From NCBI RefSeq assembly GCF_009914755.1, contig NC_060933.1: a stretch of DNA of 64,000 nucleotides, one strand, 5' to 3'. Made by a program: the position numbers and the translations under genes. The number at the start of each line of letters is the position of its first letter. Within the stretch, counting starts at the first letter, position 1. Source of the DNA: the human T2T-CHM13v2.0 reference genome, Homo sapiens. The notes below the pieces were generated by a model, which saw only the letters and a program-made list of their open reading frames with translations, ran no database searches and was not told where the DNA came from. This document shows positions 46,430 through 62,862 of this stretch, one piece after another.

Positions 46430-46730
46430 CTGTTGGGTGGCTCCTGCCTATAATCCCAGCATGTTGGGAGGCTGAGGTAGGTGGATCACCTGAAGTCAGG
46501 AGTTCGAGACCAGCCTGGCCAACGTGGTGAAACCTCATCTCTACTAAAAATGCAAAAATTAGCCAGTTGTGGTGGCTCACATCTGTAATCCTAGCTCCAC
46601 GGGAGGCTGAGGCAGGAGAATTGTTTGAACTTGGGAGGCGGAAGCTGCAGTGAGCCAAGATTGCGCCACTGTACTCCAGCCTGGGCAACAGAGTGAGACT
46701 CCAATCCCCACCCCCACCCCCCCAAAAAAG
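46430..46730 (+). mobile_element. Alu with C-rich tail
   Basis: TSD agaaatttaactgtt. Confidence 0.96.
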
Positions 46731-46992
46731 AAATTTAACTGTTCAATATTTTTGCTATTACAAGTGAACAATTAGATCAATATCCTTAACTTACATCATT
46801 GTTCATTTGGCTAGTTATCTTAGGATAAATTCCTAGGAGTAAAACTTCTGGATTTAATAGTTACACAATTAAAATTTTGATGTTATTAAACTGTCCTCCA
46901 GAAAGATTAAATCAATTTGCACACTGTGATGATCTTGTTTTTATTTATATTTTTATAGCACCTTGGTGCATTTGAATATATATATATATATA

Positions 46993-47637
<645 letters not shown>

Positions 47638-47884
47638 TGAATTTCCAGTTAATACTTTTTGCCCATTTTTCTGTTGAATAAATTTGTGTAAGTTTTTTGT
47701 AAGTGTAATGACATTTTATCTTTTATATATGTTACACATACATTTTTCCCCCAGTGTGTCAATTAAACTTCTTCATGGTCATTTGCTTGTTTGTTTTGGT
47801 TAATCGTTTTTGCTTATTAAAGTTTTCAATTTTTACATAGCAATTCTATTCATTCCTTTCATCCTTCATTATATGTAATGGTTG

Positions 47885-48110
47885 TCATATGGAAGAGGAT
47901 TAGACATCTATGAAGAAGACAGAATCAGTCCAATGGGAGAAAGTTGCAGCATGGCAGATTTTTACTAAAATAACAAACAACTTTCTCCCAATTAAGACTG
48001 TGAGATACGGAATACGCTGTCTCGCAGGTAGTGAGATCTCCATAATTAGAGGCTGTTAAGCATGAATTGCATGACCACCGACAGTGATGCTGTACTGGAT
48101 GAGGCCATAT
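47885..48110 (+). mobile_element. L3/CR1 3' remnant
   Basis: ccaatgggagaaagttgcag...gcagattt...aactttct...ggtagtgag. Confidence 0.6.
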
Positions 48111-49737
48111 GGCCTCTGGCATCCTTAATTATTTACAAGGCAGATTTTTAATGGAATGCCAATAATGTAATTCTAATTGTTTTTCCCAGAGAACTTTTTT
48201 CAAAACTGCAACACCATGCAAAATTTGGGGTTTCCAGGAGCAGCTGGACCAAAGTTGATGTGGCAGATCAGGCAGCACTAAATGAAAATAGCTCAGAACC
48301 ACTGAAAATTATAAGAAAGCATACCAGGACATTGTTAGTGGTCATATGCTTGTCATTCATGAGTTTTACTTTCATCACCATGCATCACCTTCCAGCCACA
48401 GAAATATCCACTGAACCATACAAAGCTCATAGGAGTTGACCTCTCATAACTGGGAATGCAGGTGGATGTAGGCAAAACTGACTTCCTAGCATAAGTCAAT
48501 TGTGGGCATGGCCAAGTCTTTTGAGAGTAACAGAGCAAGGTGGTGCCAGGCATGAGTATCGAAGCAATCTAGTATAATACTGCTATTGTAAAATTGGTAG
48601 AGCTGAATTACATAAAGGAGAGGAAAGTTCTCACTAAATAAGTCTCAGAATAGGATAAGGCCCTATGAGTCTTAATCCATCTCACTATATAGTTATTCCC
48701 TTTTTGACCTTGCGTTACTACTGCTTGATAGGCAGAATTGGAGAAAATAGGGTCAAACTTAGACCTGCAAGAATGCTTTTACTTTCTATGAATATAAAGT
48801 AATTGAATGAATAATTACATAATTGAATGAATTATTACATTCATTCAATAATGTATAATGAAACACTATGATGTGCAAAGCATTGGGAATTCAGCAATGA
48901 ACAGGAAAGATAGCAGTTCACAGCCTAGAGGGGAAGCCACCTTTAAACAATTAATGACATCATAGGTTGTGAAAGATACAAGGTGCTCGGGTCGTTCACA
49001 GCCATGGCACTGAAACCTGTCCAGGATATCAGAAAAGGCCTTCTGGAAAGACTAAAATTAAAGCAGAGATTTAAAGAAGGAGGAAGAGGTGCTGCCCATG
49101 AGAAGGGAGGACAGGAGAAGAGAATAAAATATGGGGCTGCACAAGTATTTCAGGGGAATAAAAACACCTGTAAAAATCCAAAGCCAGAGAGAAATTTAGA
49201 TTCACGCCTCTCTGGAGTGGTATTAGGCTGTTTCTGATGCATGTGATGTAGTAGCAAGAACCAAAATTTAAAATGAGAGTTTGGCTGGAGTTTGGTTCCC
49301 AGCCTTGCTAGTTCCTGAGCATATGACCTTGGCAAATAACATAATCTGTCTTCAAATAACATAATCTGTCTTGACCTCAAGCTTCTCATCTGCCAAATGG
49401 CGATAATAGCACCTGCTCCACAGGTTGCTGTGAGAATGGAATTAGCTAATAGATACAAAATTTTGGTCAGTGTGGGGCTAGGTTTTAAATAAGCCTTACT
49501 GAAGCTGTCAGTGACCAAAATCTATTCTTTTCACCTAGCCCAAATCTTTCTTGCTATCTGTGAATATACATCAACTGGATTGGTTCAACAGAGTTTTACT
49601 CAGTTTCTACTTTGGGTCATTGTAGATTCAGGCACTGTGAGAATATGAAAGAAGTGTGCCACAGGGATCGAAAAGTAGAAGTTAGTTTGGAAGAGAAGGT
49701 TAGTTTAAAGAGGTGTTTGTCTCTTAGTGTTTTGTTG

Positions 49738-50039
49738 TTTTTTTTTTTGATTTTTTTGAGACGGAGTGTTGCTCTGTCGCCCAGGCTGGAGTGCAGTGGT
49801 GCGATCTTGGCTCACTGAAACCCCTCGCTCCCAGGTTCAAGTGATTCTCCTGCCTCAGCCTCCTGAGTAGCTGGGATTACAGGCACCCGCCACCAAACCC
49901 AGATAATTTCTGTGTTCTTAGTAGAGACAGGGTTTCACCATGTTGGCCAGTCTGGTCTTGAACTCCTGACCTCAGGTGATCCACATGCCTCGGTCTCCCG
50001 AAGTGTTGGGATTACAGGCGTGAGCCACCGTGCCCAGCC
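49738..50039 (-). mobile_element. Alu
   Basis: Reverse Alu. Confidence 0.96.
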
Positions 50040-50309
50040 TATCTCTTATTTTGTATGTATATCTTCAACTCCATCTGGTCTACGAGCTTCCGCAGGAAAG
50101 GATCTATAAAATAGGTCCTCTCTTTAATCCCAGTAAGATTCCCAAGTGTCTGATTTAGAGTAAGTGCTCAGCAAATCCCAGTTAAATAGAACAATGAAAG
50201 TTTGGGAATTTACAGCAGATTTTAAACGGTAGCAAACACATACATAGATTAGAGGGGTTATCAGAAGGAAAACCTGTGTAAATCAGGGAAGGTTTATAGA
50301 GGTAAGGTT

Positions 50310-50815
50310 GGAAGGTTCAGCTTTTGTAGATGCTGTCAAAGAACTTTCAAAGTAGTTGTACCTTTTTATTTTTCTACCAGCAATGTATGAGAAATGAATA
50401 TAGAGGGTACTTTTAGCCTTTTTAATTTTAGCTATTCTGGCAGGAGAGGAGAGATATTCTATCATGGTTTTATTTTGCATTTTCTTGGTGACTAATGATT
50501 TTGAGCATCATTCCATATGATTGTTAGCCATTTGAATATCCTTTTTGTAAAGTGTCTGTTCAAGTCTTTTGCTCACTTTCAAAAATTATATTGACTATTT
50601 TTATATATTATGAATGCAAGACCTTTGTTGGATTTATGGACTGTGAATCTCTTCTCCGAGTATGTGGGTCAACCATTTACTGTTCATGGTCTCTTTCTAT
50701 GGAAGAAGTTCTCAATTTTAACAAAAACCAGTATGTCGATTTTTTAAGGGTTAGTTCTTTTTGTGTACTATTAAAGAAATCCTTACCTAATCCAAGATGA
50801 TAAAGATATATTCCT
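50310..50815 (-). mobile_element. Old L1M fragment
   Basis: ttttgcattttcttggtgactaatga...gtgtctgttcaagtcttttgc, antisense L1 ORF2-end motifs. Confidence 0.8.
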
Positions 50816-50816
50816 A

Positions 50817-50935
50817 TTTTTGTTTTAGTTTTATTTTAGGTTTGGGGGTACATTTGAAAGTTAGTTAATGTAGGTAAACTCATGTCATGGGGGTTTGTCT
50901 TACAGATTACTTCATCACCCAGGAATTAAGCCCCC
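50817..50935 (-). mobile_element. L1PA-type 3' end fused to U6
   Basis: gggggtacat...taggtaaactcatgtcatgggggtttgt...cagattacttcatcacccagg, with T-rich tail. Confidence 0.85.
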
Positions 50936-51041
50936 AAAATATGGGACGCTTCACAAATTTGCATGTCATCCTTACAAAGGGGCCATGCTAATCTTCTCTG
51001 TATTGTTCTCATTTTAATAAATGTGCTGCTGGAGCAAGCAC
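50936..51041 (-). pseudogene. Full-length U6 snRNA retropseudogene (RNU6-type)
   Basis: 106 nt, about 14 mismatches to U6 by eye; retains ACAGAGAAGATTAGCATGGCCCC and terminal TTTT. Confidence 0.95.
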
Positions 51042-51668
51042 AAACGTTTTTTAATGAAATCTTTTTTCCTCAATCAAAAAGAAATGCATGAATATGGTTT
51101 AAAAAATTCAAAGAGTCTGAAGGATAATAAAATTACAACTAAATCTTCTAATTGTCATGACCAAGTTCTCCCCAAAGGCAACCACTATTAACACTTTTTT
51201 TATACAGGCTTATAGATATTTTCTAGATATATATTTATAAAAATATATGTATGAATATTCCTTTTACTCATTCACCAAATGGTACATATTAATAAGGCTG
51301 TCCTGTACCTTGCTATTTTTGTTCAACAGTGTATCTCAGCGATTTTTCCCTATTGACCCCTTTGAAATGACCTCACTCCTTTTAAAGGCTTGCAGATAAT
51401 TGTTTTGTATACAAGCTTTATAATTTAAAGCTACTGACCCCTCCTAAAGGGATGAGTTAGGTTGTGTTTAGTCTTTTCTTATGACAAACAGTGCTGCAAT
51501 AAACATCCTTGTGCATAGGACTTTGTGTGAGCAATGAAATGACTTGTTCCAAGGGTATGGATGTTTATAATTCTGTTAACTCTGGCCAAATTATCAAAAA
51601 GGTTATATTGGCTTATATATACTCCAGCAGCATGTGAGGGTGTATTTCCTTTCTCTGGAGGGGTAGAA

Positions 51669-51994
51669 TTTTTTTTCTTTTTTTTTTTTTTTTTTTTTTT
51701 TGAGATGGAGTTTTGCTCTTGCTGCCTAGGCTGGAGTATAGTGGCATGATCTCAGCTCACTCTCACTGCAACCTCCGCCTCCTGGGTTCAAGCAAGTCTC
51801 CTGCCTCAGTCTCCTGAGTAGCTGGGACTGCAGGTGCCCGCCACCACACCTGGCTAATTTTTTTTTGTATTTTTAGTAGAGACGGGGTTTCACCATGTTG
51901 GTCATGCTGGTCTCGAACTCCTGACCTGAGGTGATCCACCCACCTCAGCCTCCCAAAGTGCTAGGATTACAGGTATGAGCCATCGCACCCGGCC
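51669..51994 (-). mobile_element. Alu
   Basis: Reverse Alu. Confidence 0.96.
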
Positions 51995-52061
51995 GGATTT
52001 AAATAAGAAGAGCAATGAAGAGAACACTTTTCATAGAAGGAACAGCATAAACAAAGGCTTA

Positions 52062-52290
52062 CAGTGGAGTTTTCCAACCTCGGCACTATTGAGTGTTTTG
52101 GCTGAATAATTCATTGTTGTAAGGACTGTCCTGGACATTATAGGATGTTTAGTGGTATCCCTGGCCTCTACCTACTAATGCCAGTAACAAGCCGCCCTCT
52201 CTGCCCCTTAGGTGTGACAACCTAAAATGTCTCCAGACGCTGCCAAATGTTTTGTGGGGGACAAAATTGCACTGGGTTGAGAATCATGAC
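52062..52290 (+). mobile_element. MER20
   Basis: caacctcggcactattga...gtgacaacctaaaatgtctccagac...gttgagaa. Confidence 0.88.
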
Positions 52291-53336
52291 TTAGAGGTTG
52301 GGATGATCAGGGGTCAGGCTGTGGGGGGATTTGTGTTTGTGTGTGTGCATATGTCTATACAAGTGCACAGTGAGCACAGGGTAAAATCGAGAAGGCTGGT
52401 GGGGTGTTAACCCTAGAAAGCTTCAGAGTTAGTCTGAGGAGAGATGTATTTCTTCTCTTGCTTTCCTCTCCTTTCATAAAAAACCACATGGCGGAAACCC
52501 ATCCCTTTTTTTTTTTTTTTTTTTGGTTAGGAGAGAAAGCCACACACTAACCCTTCATCCTCTTCGTTATTACTGAGCAACCCAGGGCAGGCGCTTTAAG
52601 TGCATACAGGTTGTTCATGATCTTTAGTATCATTGTAATCTCACAACAACACATGGGTGTCCTGATCAACATGCGAAGGGCTGGTCTACAGATGGGGAAA
52701 TAGAGGCTCAGGGAGAGAAGTTGAAGCCATTGTCCTTTCTGGCCCTTGTGTGGCTGCATGTCTCCACAGCTCTACTCTGACAGGCTTGAGCAGCCGGCTT
52801 TGCTGCTGCCATCACTGAAAGCCCAGTATAAAGTCATTTGGATGATTTTAGTCATTATTTCCATCATCTGTTGAACCTCGGAATAGGCTTTAAGTCATTA
52901 TTCTTTCTCTCCTCACGATTTGGTTTATTTTTGGAAGTGAAATCAATGGATTGTCTTTTGCTTTCTTTCAGAAACCTCTTTGCTGCGTTTCTAACCACAC
53001 CCAGGAGTAGGCATGTGGTAGATGCTCATGGAATGTATGACAGCCCCTCTCTGGCTCAGTTTCCTAATGGGCCAGATGATAACTACGCTCCTGTACTGTG
53101 CAGGTCTCATTGTGTTATTATTAAGTTCACTGCTTGGCAGAGATAACATGTTAACTCATAGTAATAAATAACTATGAATATGTGACTTCAGCTTCTAATA
53201 CAGTACCTAGTCCATAGTAGGAGCTCAGTAAATGTTTGTTGAATGATGAAGTATATAATCACATGGTTATCTGGGAGCAGTACCACCCAGGCAAGCGGAG
53301 CACCTGCCTTAGGTCCTGGGCCTCAGGTGTCTTGCA

Positions 53337-53621
<285 letters not shown>

Positions 53622-54521
53622 TGACCAAGACTGGCCAAGGCCAGCAGTGCCAACCAGACAGGGTGCTCTAGGCCCAACCTCCACCATGTCAGCCCCTGTC
53701 CCTGTTTTCTCTCCTTTGGAATGCTCTTCAATTCGCTTCTTAGTACAGGGGGTCGACCAGATGCCCTAGGAGACCTCTAAGGTTTACACCTATGAGATTG
53801 TCTCAGGGACCCCTGACCAGGCCCAATTCCAAAAGGGCTACTGGGAGAAAGGATCTTTACTTCCAGCCAGAGAGTATTTCTTTTGCAGTATCACATGAAG
53901 TTGGGTGATCAGAATGCTGCTTAAAGATTGATTTTAGGTAACTCAAATTATTTATATATACAGGGACCCCACAGAAAACATTTGCATAGGCCTTCACATG
54001 CCTTAGGGCTAACCATGTCTAATAGATCATCATTCATTCATTCAGGCAGTCATTCAATGAATTCATGCCTTCAACTGACCCCTCAATTAACTAGTGTAGG
54101 CCCTATGATAAGTGCTATGCTATTATTATTATTATTATTAGCAGAGTGAACACATGCATCGGACCCCAGGCAAAGAAGTGGAGAACACACCCAGTGTGTG
54201 AGTTGGTTAGCAACGTACAGTAGGTCATTCCCACAGAGGACATAACATTGGAACTTAGGTCTTAAAGAACGGCCAGAATTTTTCCAGGAGGGACACGTCA
54301 TGTTTACGGAGGAGAAAATAATTCTATGGGTCTAAAGGCTGCAGAGAGGGCTGGGAAGAGATGGCACACGAGCTGGAAAGACAGATGTGGCCACAACATG
54401 AAGGACCTGTTGTCAGGCTGAGGTTTCTGCACATCTTTTCTGAAGACATTAGAGAGCAATTAAATGTTTTTTAGCCAGGAGGGAGATGGTTAGATATCTA
54501 GATTAGAAAGTTCATCCCAAG

Positions 54522-54816
<295 letters not shown>

Positions 54817-56267
54817 TCATCCCAATTGGCTGTGGGCTGTGTGGATATTGGGTTGGAGGAAAGCAAAACAGGAGTCAAGGTGACTCCTCTGGAAGGTCCA
54901 GCCAGGTACAAGGCAACCAGCGCCTGGTGAAATGTGGCAACCCCAAGAAAGGAGGGGCTGGGAAGTCACAGATAGTTCCCAAACTCTGAAAGATTCTGAG
55001 AAGCAGAGTCAATATCTCCTCTCCACGAGGTTGGCTTCTTTTGTAATCCAGCTGCCTGGCTGAGCACTTTCTCTTTTCTTTCCTTCCTAATCACTTTCCC
55101 CTTCTCTCCTAATCTGATGACATGAGACCAGCTGTTGAAACAAGACTCTCTTCTGGATGGAGAGGAAGCTGAAATCAACAGTATCCTAGGCAGTCCATGC
55201 TTAGGAAGACCTTCCCAGAAAAGCCTGCAGAGCCTAGGTGGAGGCAGGGATTATGTGTTCAGTCTGCATGGAAAAGCTTCTGGACTTATCCCAAGGGGCT
55301 CGGCTGAGCAGTTCAGAGACCTTCAGAGTGGCCTCAGGCAGGTGGCCCCAGCTTCTTCGAGAGCGCAGGAGAGGGGCCTGTGGTTTCTCTTTCATGACAT
55401 GCACCCACTGCGCTGGTCCGAGAACCCCCTGCAGGATTCGTCTTCGCCCCAGGGTGTATGGATCCCCATCAGGACTGGTTGCATCTCTGGAAATGACCTC
55501 AGTCTTTGGAATATTTGTTCTTTTTGGCTTATCAAACAATGTCCTCATTTTGCCAGAGGAAAAGGGAAAGAGACTCTCTGAATGAGCAGGCCATCCTTTG
55601 TTCTGGGCCCATAAATCTGGCGCGAGCACATGTCCAGCTTTCCCGCCCCCCACTGCATCATTGTCCCACTGCTGATTAATAGGTCAGAGCTAACTTTAAA
55701 CTGGCATTTCCTGACCAGCCCCTCTCCCTGCCTTCGACCCTGCCTGGCTGTTCTTTAAAAATCTGCTGTATTTTAGAACATGGTTTCACTCTGTCCCGCG
55801 GCCTCCGCCTCACACTGTGTTCCAAGGTGACTGCGTTAAGTCTGGTCAAAGCAGTCTGTGCTATTCCTGAGTTGGCAGAATAAGGGCTGAGGCAGAGGGG
55901 TGGGCGCACAGCTGAGTTCGGACTGTCTCAGGGTGTTTGAGCCACCGCTGGCCTATCTAGTCTCAGAAGCACATACCAGGGCATGATCAGAAGGGCTGCA
56001 TGGAGAGAGGATGTGACAACAAGTATGACATGGTGTTTTATTTTGCCTTTGTTTTTCTTCATGTCCTGCGACTGTGTGGTGTCTCAACCATGCAAAATAA
56101 TGTAGAAGAGTGGGTCCCAACATGAAGATGTTCTTGATGTTGACTGAGAAAGGTAGGATACAAAAGTTGAGTATCTCTATTATCTAGCCAGATAGTTTTT
56201 ATGGTAACTATGTTGTACTTGGTTAACAAGGAGGTATTCCTCAAAAGTGGCTTTAGTTTGAGTTGTC

Positions 56268-56565
56268 TCTTTTGTTTTGTTTTTGGAGATGGAGTCGGAC
56301 TTTGTCATCCAGGCTGGAGTGCAGTGGCACGATCTCGGCTCACGGCAAGCTCCTCCTCCTGGGTTCAAGCAATTATCATGCCTCAACTGCCCAAGTAGCT
56401 GGGATTACAGGCACGCGCCACCACATCTGGCTAATTTTTGTATTTTTTGTAGAGATGGGGTTTCACCGTGTTGACCAGGCTGGTCTCGAACTCCTGACCT
56501 CATGATCCGCCCACCTCAGCCTCCCAAAGTGCTGGGATTACAGGCGTGAGCCACCGCGCCCGACC
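56268..56565 (-). mobile_element. Alu
   Basis: TSD tgagttgtctctt/tgagctgtctctt. Confidence 0.97.
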
Positions 56566-57011
56566 TGAGCTGTCTCTTAACTCTGGGCTAAGCCACAGCA
56601 TCTCCACCTATGACTACAACCTCCTGCTTGTCAAGAACCCAGTTAATAAGAATTCCAACGGCATTTCCTACCTTAGGCAGTCAGGCTGAAAACCAGCTCA
56701 TGGGACAGTAACGGCCACATATTGAAAACCTACTGATATCAGGCTGCAGCAGAGGGAAGCTAAAGCATCTTACGCAGATTATCTCACTTAGGAGTTGCAA
56801 CAACACATTGTTATCCCCACATTACAGGGAGGACATGAAATTCAGAAGAGGATAAGAAGCTGGTCCACGGTCATACAGCTAGTCCGTGAGAGTGGAAATG
56901 TCAATCCAGGTGTTTCTGATGACAGTAGCTGTGCTCTTCCTAGTGTTCTGTTTTCCTGATGGCCAACCTAGGATTCCAAAAACAAAATTACCTTGCAAAA
57001 TGCTCAAGAAG

Positions 57012-57453
<442 letters not shown>

Positions 57454-58052
57454 TTACACTCAATGAATATGCCTCTTTTACTTCAGCTTGGGGTCTGAGA
57501 CAACTGCGTACTTCTGGACCCCTAAGCCTTTCACAGTAGTGACATCAAGGATAATGAAGCGCACAGAGCTCTCGTGGCCTGTTTCTCTGTTTTTCCCCCA
57601 CATTGTCAGCTGCCCAGGAAAATGGATTCACCGTAAATAAACAGGCTCCCAAGCATCCAACAGAAACAAACAATGAGTGACATTGAGCAAATCTAGTTAG
57701 TATCTTCAAAAATCCTGGTTTTGGGAAGCCCTAATTCCTTCCACATTTCAATCACTGGACTCTTGGAATTAATAGTGTTCTAGATTGGTGGCACAAAAGA
57801 CTGAGATACACTGAAATCACTCATGAGACATTTTTTTAAAAAGGCAAAATAAAACAATCTGTTATCCTTGTCACACACCCTCTTTCTGTGCAGTCTCCCA
57901 GTGGTGTTTAGGTGTGATCATCCAAGATGAGATGTGCCAGAGTTACTATTGAAACTTTTGAAATTATGATATCCAAAAAGAAAAATACAAAAACCACCCT
58001 CAATCTCATCACAAAGATAAATCTGTTGTTGACATTTTGGTGTATTTTTCTG

Positions 58053-58054
<2 letters not shown>

Positions 58055-58093
<39 letters not shown>
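58055..58093. repeat. (TG)n microsatellite
   Basis: About 19 TG units. Confidence 0.97.
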
Positions 58094-58097
<4 letters not shown>

Positions 58098-58139
58098 CAC
58101 ATCTATCCATAGGGCCAGACAATAGATACACCATTATGC

Positions 58140-59096
<957 letters not shown>

Positions 59097-59988
59097 TACT
59101 CAAATAGGATTATAATATACATACCCTTTTGTATGCTGCCTCACTCAGTCAACATCAAGAACACCTTTCTGCATCAGTACCTTCTTCCACAACATCATTT
59201 TGCATGGTTGAGTAGTATTCTGTTACATGGATGTATCATAACATTTTAAACCCACTTCCAATTTTGCTGACTACCGATTTTGGTTAGTCTCAAGCATTTA
59301 TTTATTGAGTCCTTTCCATGTGCTGAATGCTTTGCAAATCCTATGACTTGATGGGAGGCAGTGCCTGGTGATGGAGAGGCTTCCATTCAAATTCCATCAC
59401 TGTTCTTTACTAGCTCTTTGACTAAGTTACTGAACTTCTCTGGGTCTCAGCTACCTCCTGTGGAGAATATGGGTAATGGTACTCTCCTTAAAGGACAATG
59501 GTAAAAATGAAGTGAGAAAAGATACAGAGTGTGGCCAGCAAATGGTAGCTGTCACTGCTGCAGTGGAGGGTGTCCTGTCCCACTTGAGGGAAAGTGGTCA
59601 GAGACAGTGTCTGTGTGGGACTCAGAACCCAGGGTTAGCCCTGAAGGGACACAGTTGGGCTGAACAGACAAAGTGGGGAGACTTGCAAACACCTGCTTTG
59701 GAATCCATAATCCATTGCCCTGGGCCTCTGCTTTCGTTATCCAATGTGGAGCCAGGAGTCTGGGGAAGGACAAATGGTAGAGACTGCAGTGGAGAAGTGC
59801 TATTGACAAATTTGTTGGCATCCGGGCACTGAAGTGGGAATAGGAACTGTGGACCTTGCTGGCTGGGTTTGCTTAAGGTTATGGTGCTCCAGGTTGACTG
59901 TGGAGGTGACTCTAGGCCTTTCAGCTTCCTCCAGCTAAGCATTAGATAGGAGTTAAGGGCTTAGGTTGGAAAGTCTCAGACAGATCTA

Positions 59989-60379
<391 letters not shown>

Positions 60380-60527
60380 TCATAGGGAGGCTATGAAGAT
60401 AATGTGAGCTAATGTATGTGAAGCTGACACCAGCTCAGGGCTAACCTGAAAACATACAATAGGTGGTGACTGCAGGTTTTCTTATCTACTTGTCCTACTT
60501 TTCCCACCTGCTCAAAGAAGCTGTACC

Positions 60528-60876
<349 letters not shown>

Positions 60877-62862
60877 TCATGCAGACTTTGCCAATGGCCT
60901 GGTGTTTAGAGAGGAGGCAACGGCAGGAAATCAGGGATGAAGGGAAAAGGGAGGACGAAGTCTGAGCTTGAATCCTTCAAACAAACCTTGAGATTCAAGG
61001 TTCTCTTCCAGGCTGGATAGAGACTACTGGGAGATGGCTATGATCTGTGACCACACAGCTGGTGTGAGGCTCGGGAGAGATGCTCTGAAGAAAAAAATAG
61101 CCCAGCAGCCTTGGGATTTTACACAATTTTTGCCTGGAGAAAGGATGCAAACCCAGACAACTTTTTGAGGTTTTTCTCCAGGATCTGCAGATGGCTTTAA
61201 CACCAAGGCAGTGGTTCTCAAAGTGTATTCCACAATGAGATGAGCACAAACACTGAGAGCAAATGAGTGCATGGGAAATTTTGTAACTATTTGACAGTCA
61301 TGTTATGTGTGTTCAATCTAATATAAAAAGGCTGAGTCTGTGTGTATTTTGTATGTCCTTTAAATTTTTACATTTCTAGTAATTCATTATGTTTTACAAA
61401 TGTCACAGTCTGTGCTAGATTAGTTAATTAAAGCAAAACAAAACAAAACTTACCCTCCCCAAAGATGCATGGAGAAGTGCTGCTTCGGGCCACTCTATAA
61501 ATGTCACACATTGCTCTCCCTGGAGTTCCCAGCATTTTCACTTTCAGGGGCAAAAGTGAATGATGTATCAGAAAGAGCCCTTGGTTCTTGGCCTCCCCAC
61601 GCCAGTCTAGCTGTGTGGTCTTGGAAAACCTCCCCTATGATCACTTTCATTATTTGTAAAATGAGGGTAATAAAACCCACCACATGGGATATAGTGAGAT
61701 TCAATCTAGGGAAAGAGCATAATTGGATCTCTGGCCTATGATAGGTACTAAAGAATATTTGTTCCTTTTTTCTTTTCCCTTTGCAGTTTATTTGCATGTA
61801 GAAAAACTTAAGTGTTCTGCTTTCTTGGTCTCTTAAAAAGTATTTCCACCCATCCTAGTCTTTGCTTGTCCTAGGCTAATGCTGGTTCTTGCAATTTCCA
61901 TCATAATGGTTCCAGTATTTTACATACATTTGCCTTTCCTTACAATGAGCCTGCTAGGCAGGAATAGTTTTTTTATTTTGAAAAAGAGAAAAGTGAAGTC
62001 AGAGAGTTTGAATGGCTTGCCCAAACTCATAGGGCTGTGACCAACAGTTGAAATCCAGGCCTGTCCAACTACTCAGCAACTTCAGATGGGGGTCCCTTCG
62101 TGGCCTTGACTTTCACAGTCACTGGCCCTCCCTTTCTCTTACCATTTTCTCTTTCATGCGTAGGTAGTTGTTCTGAGGGCAATGGTCGGATGTTCAGTAA
62201 GCCCAGGAGGATCAGGGACACTTGTGATCAGAGCCAACGGTGTGTGGGGATCGGCAGCCTTTGCATTTCAGCAGTTACTGCAGCAAAGAAACAGAGAGGA
62301 AATCAAAGTGCATAGGAATGCCAGGGCCTCCCTGCTGCTCCCGCCCCATCTGCTCAGGTAGGGTCACTGAGGATGTTTCAGGATAGGTCTTCTTTCTTGA
62401 CTCTGGAAATGAAACTCCTGTCATGTTTAGCTGTGGACACATCTGCCATGCAGCTGGTCTTGTTGCACAATGTATGCTTCTCACCAGCTCCCTCTGGTCT
62501 TGCCACCAGCAGGGGACACGATCCTTTTTCTTGCTCAAGGCTGAGCTGCAGTGATGAAAATAGACTTCCCCCAACCTACCCCAACCCGGTGAAGAGAAGT
62601 GGTTCTACTGTGCCTCTGTGAAGGATCTGCTGGATGGGGGTGATGGAGGGAGCCCCTGCTAGAAGGTCAGAGAGAACTGGGTTTCAGTTCCAGCTCTATC
62701 TGATCTTCTTGCCAAGCTTCTGCTTTCTCACTGGTAAATGGAGACAAGAATATGACTTATCTCATGGTGGGAATTAAGTAGGTAAGGTTTATTGTAGGGC
62801 CTGGTCATAATAGCAGCAAACCCTTCTAGGATGCAGACACATTGTCAGGCACTGTTCTAGGA

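Noticed and set aside
50936-51041. Functional U6 gene
   Set aside because: About 14 substitutions, no recognisable upstream PSE/TATA, and an L1 tail indicate a retrocopy
55135-55653. Overlapping 115-148-aa ORFs on both strands
   Set aside because: No recognisable protein or exon structure; consistent with GC-rich chance ORFs
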